Notes: generated by a model from the letters alone, not told the origin. Shown: positions 8,380 through 15,519, counted from the first letter of the stretch. The stretch is DNA of 32,000 nt from Pseudogulbenkiania sp. MAI-1 (GCF_000527175.1 NZ_AZUR01000001.1:2170921-2202920), one strand, 5' to 3'. Made by a program: numbers and translations.

Positions 8380-8835
8380 ATGGATAGACCCCGTTTCCCC
8401 TACGCGACGTTCAAACACGACCCGGCCGAATTGGTCCGGGTCGTTTTGTTTCCAGGTGAAGCCGATCAGGTGTGCAAGGAACTCGGCTGCACCCTCGCGC
8501 AGCTGCGCCGCTGGCAGACCGGCGCGGAGGCCGTTCCCCGGCCCGTGTTCGCGTTTCTGCGGCTGTGGCGGCGTCGGACCCTCGGGCCACAGTACGGCGC
8601 GTGGCGGGACGCCTACGTCGACGAGGACGGCACCACGCTACGCCATGCCTCCGGCGTCGGCGTCCGCATCGAGGACGTAACCAAGCTGGCGGAGTACCGC
8701 CGGCTGTCCGCCCTCTGTACTCAGCAGGCCGAGACCATCGAGCGGCTGATGGTGGAGCGCAACTTCTACCGCAACCAGTGCACGCGAGAGGCAACCTTCG
8801 GACTGATGCTGAACCGGATATTCCGCACTCCCTAA
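8380..8835 (+). CDS. Phage protein, putative DNA-binding/regulatory (HTH-like segment); function unknown
   Basis: MDRPRFPYATFKHDPAELVRVVLFPGEADQVCKELGCTLAQLRRWQTGAEAVPRPVFAFLRLW... contains the HTH-like stretch VCKELGCTLAQLRRWQTG. The start is uncertain: ATG 8380, ATG 8359 or TTG 8347. A diverged paralogous fragment lies at 15358. Confidence 0.6.
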   Translation: MDRPRFPYATFKHDPAELVRVVLFPGEADQVCKELGCTLAQLRRWQTGAEAVPRPVFAFLRLWRRRTLGPQYGAWRDAYVDEDGTTLRHASGVGVRIEDVTKLAEYRRLSALCTQQAETIERLMVERNFYRNQCTREATFGLMLNRIFRTP

Positions 8836-8865
8836 CGGGAGGCGGAAAGTCGGTCTCTGACGGGT

Positions 8866-9060
8866 CAAGAGTCTCAATATGAGACTATAGACGGGTATTA
8901 CCAGTAACCCGTCTAGGCCTGCGGCCCGAAACCACCCCACAACACCCCCTCCGTTGCGCTGCGCGCCGGAGGGTAGACCGTGGGGCTCCGCCCCACACCC
9001 CGAGCTCGCCGCTAGGCAGCCGGGCAGGCGTTAAAACCCCGCCTGCCCAGCAGCCGAAAG
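8866..9060. repeat. Phage non-coding region with clustered stem-loops (candidate packaging signal / replication origin hairpins)
   Basis: Three inverted repeats were read directly. AGTCTC-AATAT-GAGACT lies at 8870-8886. TAGACGGGT-N10-ACCCGTCTA lies at 8888-8915. GGGCAGGCG-TTAAAACC-CGCCTGCCC lies at about 9023-9048. No convincing ORF is present. Confidence 0.4.
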
Positions 9061-9162
9061 CATGGGTCACTACAAAGGCATCAAGGGCACGAATCCTCGC
9101 CCGGTCCACCGCGCAAGCGCGGCGGCTGCGGCCTCTGGTTCGACCCTTGACCCCTTTTCCGT

Positions 9163-9194
9163 TCCAAAAGCAAAGGGCGGCACGCTGGCCGCCC
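9163..9194 (-). terminator. Rho-independent terminator at the end of the phage structural/assembly operon
   Basis: On the minus strand the stem is GGGCGGC-CAGCGT-GCCGCCC (plus-strand 9175-9194). It is followed by TTTGCTTTTGG, about 30 nt after the stop of the 92-aa ORF. Confidence 0.55.
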
Positions 9195-9222
9195 TCCTCT
9201 CAGGTCGTTGCGTAGATCTAAA

Positions 9223-9501
9223 TCACAACAGATCCACAACCCGATACGTCGGCTGATTCCTGTTTTCGTCCAATGCCTGATCACGTCGATACGTGACCCA
9301 CCAGCGATACGAGTCGAGCACGAAACGGCGGTTGAAACGGCGAGCCATCCTCTGACGAACCATGTAGCGCTGGAAAACGGACTCGATCAGCCGATTGCCC
9401 AGGCGAAACAACAGCCACATCAGGTAAGGCAACATCGAGATCAAGGCCATCCACTGAAAGAACAGCTCCAGGTCGGCGCGGGTGATGACGTAGGTTTCCA
9501 T
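9223..9501 (-). CDS. Phage small membrane protein (92 aa), unknown function
   Basis: The start ATG overlaps the Zot stop (TAATG at 9499-9503). A hydrophobic segment (FFQWMALISMLPYLMWLLF) is followed by an Arg-rich tail. Confidence 0.55.
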   Translation of the reverse strand: METYVITRADLELFFQWMALISMLPYLMWLLFRLGNRLIESVFQRYMVRQRMARRFNRRFVLDSYRWWVTYRRDQALDENRNQPTYRVVDLL

Positions 9502-10643
9502 TACGAGTTGTCCTCCTTGGATGATTTCATGCCCCCGAAGGGCTGATAGGCCGGAGCCTGTTTAGAGGCCTCAAGCTGGGCGATCTGCGGGCCGCTGCCG
9601 GGCTGCTGATCAACCGGCTTGGCCTGAGCCACAACTGGCCCCGCGTACTGCGGCGCGGCCTTGTACGGGTTGTGCCGGCCGTTGGCGACGATGTCGCGGC
9701 AGGTCGGTTCGTCGACGGTCCTGATCAACGTGCCTTGCCCGCTGTAGCAGCTGCACCGGGTTGTGCTAGCAACGCAGGCGTCAGGCCATTCCATGTCTTT
9801 GACCTGGCGCTGGCTGTCGAAGATGGGAGCGGTCTCAGGACGGTTCAGGACGACCGGCTGAAAGTCGAGTGGGCGAACGCCGATCGGTGCCTGTACCGGT
9901 GCCGCGCCACCCTGCCCGCCCGCCCCCGCGCCCGGCTGCGCCGGTCTCGGGTCCGAGCTGGCGGTGGCCGCGGGCCTGTCCGGCGTCGTACGGCGTTTGA
10001 CGCTCCCGTAGACGTACCAGCCAGCAATGGACGCAAGCAGCAGACAAACCACGAAAACGATCAACGGCTTCGGGATGGAGTACTTTTGCTTGATGTGCAG
10101 GCTCGACGACTTGTACAAGTCGAAGACCTGTTTCGGGAGCTTGTACTTGCGCTTGGCCGCAATATCACGTTCGGTCTTGCTCTCAGCGTCGACCGCCTTC
10201 GGCCACTCATAGAGCTTGCGGCCGAAGAAGTTCGATTCGATGTGCAGGTGTTTGCCGGCCAGCGCCCGAACGTTGGCGTCCAGGAGAGTGGTCTTTTGCG
10301 TGATCAGCCAGAAATCGACCCCGGTATGGCGATGGGTCTCGAACGCGGCCACATAGTCCGGAACCTTGGAGCTTGTGTTGCGAGGGCGGTAAACGTTCTG
10401 CGCCTCATCAATGACGATGATCGACCCCGGTGGGAAGGTGAAAACAGGCTTCAGCAAGGACGGGTCTTCCTCGGCCGGCACCAACTTGGTCCACTCCGCC
10501 ACCGGAGGCACCAATTGATGATCGAGCTTGAGTTCAGGAATACCCATGGTGAAGATCGGGCGATTGCCTTCCAGCTCCTTCAGCAGCTTGACCGCCAGCG
10601 CGGTCTTGCCCGCCCCGGGCGTACCAGTGATCACGGTAATCAT
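9501..10643 (-). CDS. Zot / pI-like filamentous-phage assembly ATPase
   Basis: It has an N-terminal P-loop (MITVITGTPGAGKTALAVK), a Walker B-like IIVIDEAQ, a central TM helix (LIVFVVCLLLASIAGWYVY) and a Pro/Ala-rich periplasmic C-terminus. There is an ATGA overlap with the upstream gene. Confidence 0.9.
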   Translation of the reverse strand: MITVITGTPGAGKTALAVKLLKELEGNRPIFTMGIPELKLDHQLVPPVAEWTKLVPAEEDPSLLKPVFTFPPGSIIVIDEAQNVYRPRNTSSKVPDYVAAFETHRHTGVDFWLITQKTTLLDANVRALAGKHLHIESNFFGRKLYEWPKAVDAESKTERDIAAKRKYKLPKQVFDLYKSSSLHIKQKYSIPKPLIVFVVCLLLASIAGWYVYGSVKRRTTPDRPAATASSDPRPAQPGAGAGGQGGAAPVQAPIGVRPLDFQPVVLNRPETAPIFDSQRQVKDMEWPDACVASTTRCSCYSGQGTLIRTVDEPTCRDIVANGRHNPYKAAPQYAGPVVAQAKPVDQQPGSGPQIAQLEASKQAPAYQPFGGMKSSKEDNS

Positions 10644-10918
10644 GTCGTCAACACCCCGATGCGTTTCGTGACCACCAAACCAATGCGATAGGCCACCGCC
10701 CCGGAAAGAATGCCAAGGGCCTGCCCTGCCCCAGCCAGACCGAGCAGCGCAGCAACTGAGGGGATGATGCCGTTGAGGTTGTTCTGAATAAGCGTATTGA
10801 TCGCACCAAGGGCCGTACTCAGACCGGCATACGTAATAACGCCCAAGCCAATCGAGGCGAGCACCTGCTTGGCGGCGGGGGCGACCAGCGCAAACAACGC
10901 GGAAGCAAAGTTAGCCAT
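10640..10918 (-). CDS. pVI-like minor coat / membrane protein (DUF2523-like, 92 aa)
   Basis: The product is very hydrophobic and Gly/Ala-rich (MANFASALFALVAPAAKQVLASIGLGVITYAGL...). It sits in the conserved position between the pIII-like and Zot genes and overlaps both neighbours. Confidence 0.7.
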   Translation of the reverse strand: MANFASALFALVAPAAKQVLASIGLGVITYAGLSTALGAINTLIQNNLNGIIPSVAALLGLAGAGQALGILSGAVAYRIGLVVTKRIGVLTT

Positions 10919-12215
10919 CTTGTTTCATCCCAAACATGAGGTAGAGCGCCGCCAGACCGGCAAAGGCGATGACAATCGGTCGAATGCCTGTGGCGAAATC
11001 ACATGACGGCTGCCATGTCATAGCGACCGTGGCGAAATGAAGATGCAATTGCTGAGGGGCCGGGCACGTCGACGGCAGGCTGAACGGCGACCAGCTGAAC
11101 GTCGGGTTGATCTGCTGCTGGCCGATCTCGGGACCGCTGGGGGCATCGCCCCAATCCGAGCAGCCGATGCTGTTCGGCTTCTTGTCGCAGTCGGTTTTCT
11201 GTTCCTGCTGGGCGGTGCTGTTCTTGTAGGTCTGGTTGGTCTCGGTCTTGGTCGTTACCGAGTTGTCGGTGTTGTAGATATTGGTCGTCTTGGTCTGAAT
11301 GACGGATTCCTTAACCGGAGCCGGGTCTTCGGCAGGACGTTCGCCCAGGTCGATTTCCCACTTCAGCATTTCCTGTAGCTGGTAAGTCTCAGTCGAGCCG
11401 TCGGCATTCTGTTTGGTGCCGGTACCCACCAGCTTTTGCGGAGAGAGTGCGTCGGCGAGCTGCTGGATTTTGTTGGTGGCGTCCTGTAGCTCGATGTTGC
11501 GCTGAGCCAGCTCGCGCAGAACGTCGGCAGGCTGGGCATTCACGACCCCCTCAGCCTGTTGAAGAAAATCGGCATCGGTCGCCGGTTTCGGACTGGACGG
11601 ATTGATGTCATTTTCCCTGTAAACGTAAAAAGAGCCGCCGCCGACCCACGTAATGCGATGCGCCGTAGCACTATCAATCGTCTTGATCCAACAACCAGTT
11701 TTACCGTAATACGTGCAACCATAGGCCATGGCTTCATCATGAGTACCGTAAAAAATTGGATTACTCATGAAGCGCCACGTGCCAGAGTATTGCTCAGCAA
11801 CGGCAGGTTTCATCCATTGTTCGTTTGACCACTCCCAGCCCTGTTGAAGCAGCCACTGCGCCAGCACGGAGCCGGCTAATCCGACCGGTGACACGGACAT
11901 GCCTACCCGAGCGGCATTGACCACGCCGGACTTGGGTATCTTGGACAAGACGTTGACGGCCACCTGAGCCGCCGTACCGGTGGCCGCATCGCCCATCGCC
12001 TGTGACCACGAGCGGTTGACCTCGACGGTCGGGCCATTGACCGTGGCAGTAGCGCCAGCCCCCGCCGTCGCATTGCCTTGGGGAACGCGGTTCAGATTGC
12101 CGCCGCTGTGGCTGTAGCCATCGTTGACGGTCCAGCCCGCCGAGGCGTAGCCGGTCAGCAGCGTGGCAACGAAGCCGAGCAGGAAGAAAGCGAAGTTGCG
12201 GAGGTGGCGGTTCAT
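10911..12215 (-). CDS. pIII-like minor coat / host-attachment protein (434 aa)
   Basis: It has an N-terminal signal/anchor (FAFFLLGFVATLLTGYASA) and a C-terminal membrane anchor (IRPIVIAFAGLAALYLMFGM). Its size and position (after the small coat ORFs, before the pVI-like gene) fit gene III analogues. The sequence itself was not recognised. Confidence 0.65.
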   Translation of the reverse strand: MNRHLRNFAFFLLGFVATLLTGYASAGWTVNDGYSHSGGNLNRVPQGNATAGAGATATVNGPTVEVNRSWSQAMGDAATGTAAQVAVNVLSKIPKSGVVNAARVGMSVSPVGLAGSVLAQWLLQQGWEWSNEQWMKPAVAEQYSGTWRFMSNPIFYGTHDEAMAYGCTYYGKTGCWIKTIDSATAHRITWVGGGSFYVYRENDINPSSPKPATDADFLQQAEGVVNAQPADVLRELAQRNIELQDATNKIQQLADALSPQKLVGTGTKQNADGSTETYQLQEMLKWEIDLGERPAEDPAPVKESVIQTKTTNIYNTDNSVTTKTETNQTYKNSTAQQEQKTDCDKKPNSIGCSDWGDAPSGPEIGQQQINPTFSWSPFSLPSTCPAPQQLHLHFATVAMTWQPSCDFATGIRPIVIAFAGLAALYLMFGMKQDG

Positions 12216-12280
12216 CGCGTCAGCACCAGAGCGGCAAGCACCACCGAGGCGAAGCCGGCGAGGAAATAGGGATCGATCAC
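12212..12280 (-). CDS. Unlisted 22-aa hydrophobic ORF, pVII/pIX-like minor coat candidate
   Basis: The minus strand reads AGGAGGGCGCT-GTG ATC GAT CCC TAT TTC CTC GCC GGC TTC GCC TCG GTG GTG CTT GCC GCT CTG GTG CTG ACG CGA TGA, giving (M)IDPYFLAGFASVVLAALVLTR. A strong RBS precedes it. GTGA overlaps the upstream stop and ATGA overlaps the pIII-like start. Confidence 0.5.
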   Translation of the reverse strand: MIDPYFLAGFASVVLAALVLTR

Positions 12281-12588
12281 AGCGCCCTCCTAACGAGTTT
12301 GGCCGCGAAGGCAGCGAACATCACAGCAGCAACCAGCCAGCCAAGTGCCATGCCATCCAAAGTGCGGTCGAGGTTGGAACAGTCAGGAAAAGAAGAGACA
12401 GCCGTGGTGGACGACTGGAGGACCATCGAACCGCTCGCGGAGTCGTAGCGGTTCAGTTTCCAGACACCACCGTCGAGCTGGTATTGCGTGACGGTGGACC
12501 CGGAAACGGCAGGCGGTACGCCACCGAAGTAGACCGCTTCCGCCTCCGACTGCGATTCGTAGCAGGCTACCCCGACAGCGTACCCCAT
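12277..12588 (-). CDS. Phage protein with C-terminal membrane anchor (103 aa), possible minor coat protein
   Basis: It starts 3 nt after the major coat stop. The C-terminal TM segment is MALGWLVAAVMFAAFAAKLVRRAL. No family was recognised. Confidence 0.55.
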   Translation of the reverse strand: MGYAVGVACYESQSEAEAVYFGGVPPAVSGSTVTQYQLDGGVWKLNRYDSASGSMVLQSSTTAVSSFPDCSNLDRTLDGMALGWLVAAVMFAAFAAKLVRRAL

Positions 12589-12591
12589 GGC

Positions 12592-12792
12592 TTAAGCCGC
12601 CTTGCGCATGTACTTGAACGCGGCAATGCCGATGATGACCACCAGCACAGCGCCGCCGATTACGGCAGCATCGGTGCCGGCATCGTTCAGCGCGGTGGTC
12701 ACGGCAGCCGGAACAGCGGCCATGGCGGAGCCAGCAACAGCCAGGGTGGAACCGGCAACGGCAACGAGCTTGGTTTTCATGGATTTGAACAT
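12592..12792 (-). CDS. Major coat protein (pVIII-like, 66-aa precursor)
   Basis: AAGGAG lies 7 nt upstream of ATG 12792. The signal peptide is MFKSMKTKLVAVAGSTLAVAGSAMA. The ~41-aa mature part has an acidic N-terminus (NDAGTD), a hydrophobic core (AAVIGGAVLVVIIGIAAF) and a basic C-terminus (KYMRKAA). Confidence 0.85.
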   Translation of the reverse strand: MFKSMKTKLVAVAGSTLAVAGSAMAAVPAAVTTALNDAGTDAAVIGGAVLVVIIGIAAFKYMRKAA

Positions 12793-12837
12793 GGTGATAC
12801 TCCTTCAGGGTTATGCGCCGTAGCGCGGGGAAATCGG

Positions 12838-14004
12838 TTAGGCCGCTTGCTGGGCAGCTTGCTCGGCCTTCTGCACCGCTTGCAGGCTGAGCTTGCGCTG
12901 GTGGTCCCAGTACCACGCCGGGGCGTCCACCAGCGGGGTGATCTCGACCACCTTGATGACGGTGGAAAACTTGTGCAGCGTCGGCAGCGGTTCGCTGATG
13001 TCCAGGCCGTAGTCGCGCAGGCTCTTGGCGTGGCGGAAGAAGGTGGCGCGGGACATGAGGGCGCGGACGTTCTCGCCGCGCAGGAAGGCGGCGGCGGTGA
13101 CGCGCACCGGGGCCGGGAGGTCCTCCAGCTGGAAGCGGGTGACGTCGGCCTTGGTGCGGGCCAGCAGCGGGTCGACCTCACCCGCGAAGAGGTTGACGAG
13201 CTTGGTCATGGTGATGTCTCCGAGGAAACGCAGTGAGTTGTCACGCAACATGAGGCGGGAGGCTTCGAGTTCGAGCCGGACGATGCCTTGCTGATTACAG
13301 AACTGATAAACGGGGTCGGATTCAATTTCGGAACGTGGGCGCCCGTGACGGTGCACGAGCATTTCAGGGGCCTTCAGGTAGGCCTTGAGGTACTTCCGGC
13401 CTCCCTTGGTGCCCCATACGACGGTGGTCTCCCCTGCCCGGCCGCGCTTGACCTTGGAGAGCGATTGCGTGGCGAGCCAGTCAATCATGGCTTGGGCGTT
13501 GGCCGCCGAGCCGGTGGCGTAGTTGCGCGTCAGGTGCAGGGTGGAGACGCTGGCACCGGTCCATTCGGTGATCTGGCCGGTCTTGATGTCGTAGTCAGAC
13601 GGGTCTTGCTTTGCCACCTCTTCACCGGCGGTAAAAGGGGGCAAACCAAGCTCAGCCAGAATGCGGTTGATGCGGTCGAGGGTGGCGTCGAAGTCCAGGT
13701 TGAACAGGTTGTCGGGGCGACCGAAGCGGCCCACGTTGCCTTCGAACTCGACGCGTCGACCATCGCAACGGACGATGTACAGGGAGTCGAAGGAGCCCTC
13801 GAAGTGGCGGCGGCTGACGCTGATGTACTCGGGTTTCAGCGTGCCGTCCTCGAACTCCTCGAACTCGCCAGCTTCGTTGCGGGCGTATTTGCAGACCCAG
13901 CCGCTATCGACCATCGGCAGCTTTTCGAACTCGTTGGTGTCGAGGTCGAAGCGCAGCTGGTGCGACTGGCTGATGCGGATGAAGTCGACAAATACGCCTT
14001 GCAT
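12838..14004 (-). CDS. Rolling-circle replication initiation protein (gene II / Phage_CRI-like)
   Basis: 388 aa beginning MQGVFVDFIRISQSHQL...LYIVRCDGRRVEFEGNVGRFGRPDNLFNLDF..., resembling filamentous-phage/plasmid gene II/X-family initiators. ATG 14004 overlaps the upstream stop (TGATG). The track start at 14007 is TTG. Confidence 0.8.
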   Translation of the reverse strand: MQGVFVDFIRISQSHQLRFDLDTNEFEKLPMVDSGWVCKYARNEAGEFEEFEDGTLKPEYISVSRRHFEGSFDSLYIVRCDGRRVEFEGNVGRFGRPDNLFNLDFDATLDRINRILAELGLPPFTAGEEVAKQDPSDYDIKTGQITEWTGASVSTLHLTRNYATGSAANAQAMIDWLATQSLSKVKRGRAGETTVVWGTKGGRKYLKAYLKAPEMLVHRHGRPRSEIESDPVYQFCNQQGIVRLELEASRLMLRDNSLRFLGDITMTKLVNLFAGEVDPLLARTKADVTRFQLEDLPAPVRVTAAAFLRGENVRALMSRATFFRHAKSLRDYGLDISEPLPTLHKFSTVIKVVEITPLVDAPAWYWDHQRKLSLQAVQKAEQAAQQAA

Positions 14005-14333
14005 CAATGAACCCCTGCGGCCTTGTCGAGCTTGTAGGGGATGGCGACCTTGTAGTCCTGCACGTAGCCCTCGAGGCCCTTGCCGAACTTGTCCAGGCGC
14101 TGGCCGAGCACGAGCTCGACTTCGCAGGGGTACGGCAGGGTCAGGAACTTGGCGACGGCGGTTTCGTCGATCGGCAATTCGCTGATCTGGAAGCCAGCGG
14201 CCATCTTGTTGAAGGCCTCCGAGGAAACGTTCTCTTCAGGGCGCAGGACACGAACGAAGTGCATCTCGAACGGCTTGCCGGTTTTCTTGGCTTTGCCGTT
14301 CATCTTCACGACGGCGATGGCGGGGACTCTCAT
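14004..14333 (-). CDS. Phage protein (109 aa), possible ssDNA-binding/replication accessory protein
   Basis: It is translationally coupled to the replication gene, small and basic/beta-rich (MRVPAIAVVKMNGKAKKTGKPFEMHFVRVLRP...). The function is inferred only from size and position. Confidence 0.5.
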   Translation of the reverse strand: MRVPAIAVVKMNGKAKKTGKPFEMHFVRVLRPEENVSSEAFNKMAAGFQISELPIDETAVAKFLTLPYPCEVELVLGQRLDKFGKGLEGYVQDYKVAIPYKLDKAAGVH

Positions 14334-14542
14334 GACGGGGACCTTTCAGTAATGGACGAAGTCGGGACACCAACACCATCGAGGGTGAGAACGTAGGAGC
14401 CCACAACAGGGGAAAAAAACAGAAAGCACTGATGGCCGTGCCTCTGGAAAATCTGCTGGTAAGAACGGCGATAACGCGGCAACTGGAAAGACATGCCCGA
14501 AGCGGGGATGGCAAAGATGAGCTTGATCATGGCCGGGCTCAC
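14330..14542 (-). CDS. Possible small phage ORF (70 aa from GTG, or shorter from internal ATG)
   Basis: Its start overlaps the stop of the 89-aa ORF, and its stop overlaps the ATG of the 109-aa ORF (ATGA). Composition is less gene-like than its neighbours, so this is tentative. Confidence 0.3.
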   Translation of the reverse strand: MSPAMIKLIFAIPASGMSFQLPRYRRSYQQIFQRHGHQCFLFFSPVVGSYVLTLDGVGVPTSSITERSPS

Positions 14543-14808
14543 TCGGAATCCAAGGAATCATGACGAGCCATCAGGGCGTCACGCTTCGAGACAAAGGACG
14601 CGATAGACGAAACGAAGGCATCAGCGGGAACGTCCGTGTCTGTGCCATTGACAGAACGACCCAAACAGCGAGCCATCGCCGAAAGTTCATCATCCATCCG
14701 GCAAATTTTCTCGAAGAGAAGATGACCAAGCTCATGGCGGTTAGGGCCATAGGCGGAAGCATCGAACGGAACACGCGGGGACTTACAGCTGCTAACGTCG
14801 GTGGACAT
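14539..14808 (-). CDS. Phage protein (89 aa), first gene of the leftward operon
   Basis: It is divergent from the repressor gene, immediately downstream of the operator region. No family was recognised. Confidence 0.5.
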   Translation of the reverse strand: MSTDVSSCKSPRVPFDASAYGPNRHELGHLLFEKICRMDDELSAMARCLGRSVNGTDTDVPADAFVSSIASFVSKRDALMARHDSLDSE

Positions 14809-14842
14809 GCTGGCCTCCTGCTAAAATTGAAGAAACATCGAT

Positions 14843-14887
14843 GTTCTCAAGTGAGAACAAACTAATGATATGTTCCCACTTGAGAAC
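14843..14887. promoter_or_regulatory. Two palindromic operator-like sites in the divergent repressor / early-operon control region
   Basis: GTTCTCA-AG-TGAGAAC lies at 14843-14858 (perfect 7-2-7 inverted repeat). GTTCCCA-CT-TGAGAAC lies at 14872-14887 (one mismatch). Their centres are 29 bp apart, between the 89-aa ORF start (14808) and the repressor start (14903). Confidence 0.6.
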
Positions 14888-14902
14888 ACGCAAGGAGAAA
14901 AA

Positions 14903-15343
14903 ATGCTCACGTCACGGGATTACCTAGAAAAGGCACTGGCCAAGCTGGGAGATATAAGCGACCTGAAGAAAGCCGAGCTGCTCAAAGTAGGCAGATCGAG
15001 CCTGAGCCAGTATCGAAGTGGCGAGCGCATCATGGATGACTTCGCCTGCATCATGGTGGCCACCGAGCTGGGGATTGACCCGCTAGCGGTGATCTATGCC
15101 GCCAACTATGAGCGCGAAAGGAACGTCGAGAGGAAAAGCGCGTGGGAGGATTTTCGGAAAAAGCTCGGCGTGATGGGAGTGGCCGGGCTGCTGGTGATGG
15201 GGATGGCGGGAACTCCCCCCAAGGCTGAGGCGATTGTTTTAAACAAATCAATTACTTCAGTTGATAGCAAATCTATATTATGTCAAATTACGTCGCCAGA
15301 TTCGCAGGCGCTTGGCGGCCCTGTTTGGCATATTGCATCCTAA
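14903..15343 (+). CDS. XRE/Cro-CI-type phage repressor with a C-terminal hydrophobic segment
   Basis: AAGGAG lies 7 nt upstream of ATG 14903. The HTH-like segment is LKKAELLKVGRSSLSQYRSGERIM. The hydrophobic stretch is LGVMGVAGLLVMGMAG. The ORF reads through the right dif-like site, so its last ~25 codons are junction-derived. Confidence 0.7.
   Translation: MLTSRDYLEKALAKLGDISDLKKAELLKVGRSSLSQYRSGERIMDDFACIMVATELGIDPLAVIYAANYERERNVERKSAWEDFRKKLGVMGVAGLLVMGMAGTPPKAEAIVLNKSITSVDSKSILCQITSPDSQALGGPVWHIAS
15261..15288 (+). other. dif-like right prophage junction with degenerate XerC arm
   Basis: The site is TTGATAGCAAA-TCTATA-TTATGTCAAAT. The centre and XerD arm are identical to the left site. 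The XerC-arm position matches the left site and E. coli dif poorly. Confidence 0.7.
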
Positions 15344-15357
15344 TGCTTTTATGCTGC

Positions 15358-15519
15358 ATGGATAGACAGAGACTACCCTACGCCAAATTCAAGCACGACC
15401 CGGACAAGCTTCTCCGGGTCGTTTTGTTTCCGGGCGACCCCGCCGAGGTCTGCAAGGAACTGGGCTGCACGCTCGCACAGCTACGGCGCTGGCAGACCGG
15501 CGCCGAGGCCGTTCCCCGG
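15358..15519 (+). pseudogene. 5' fragment of a diverged paralogue of the 8380-8835 phage gene, interrupted by IS21 (remnant of a second related prophage)
   Basis: MDRQRLPYAKFKHDPDKLLRVVLFPGDPAEVCKELGCTLAQLRRWQTGAEAVPR aligns with the N-terminus of the 8380 ORF. The nucleotide alignment of 15289-15519 against 8312-8545 shows about 14 mismatches per ~103 nt in the stretch counted by hand. Confidence 0.8.

Larger units (their letters stand above)
8284..15288 (-). mobile_element. Integrated filamentous (Inoviridae-like) prophage, ~7.0 kb, XerCD/dif-dependent (no integrase, no pIV secretin)
   Basis: The element is bounded by two dif-like sites. It has the canonical inovirus modules: replication initiator, major coat, small hydrophobic coat ORFs, pIII-like, pVI-like and Zot/pI-like genes. 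These are tightly translationally coupled on the minus strand. A divergent XRE repressor completes the set. Confidence 0.85.

Noticed and set aside
8312-8585. The duplicated ~270-bp segments (8312-8585 and 15289-17785) as simple attL/attR direct repeats of a tyrosine-integrase island
   Set aside because: The copies are only about 85 percent identical rather than exact. No integrase gene is present. Each copy begins at a 28-bp dif-like site. A tandem or sequential XerCD phage capture explains them better.
9501-10643. Zot as a bona fide enterotoxin or virulence factor
   Set aside because: Only the P-loop assembly-ATPase architecture common to all inovirus gene I proteins is evident. Nothing in the sequence supports toxin activity.
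9672-13236. Plus-strand ORFs inside the prophage (9672-10691, 339 aa; 12163-13236, 357 aa; 13288-14010, 240 aa)
   Set aside because: They lie opposite the Zot, pIII-like and replication genes. They lack RBSs and the translational coupling that ties the minus-strand genes together.
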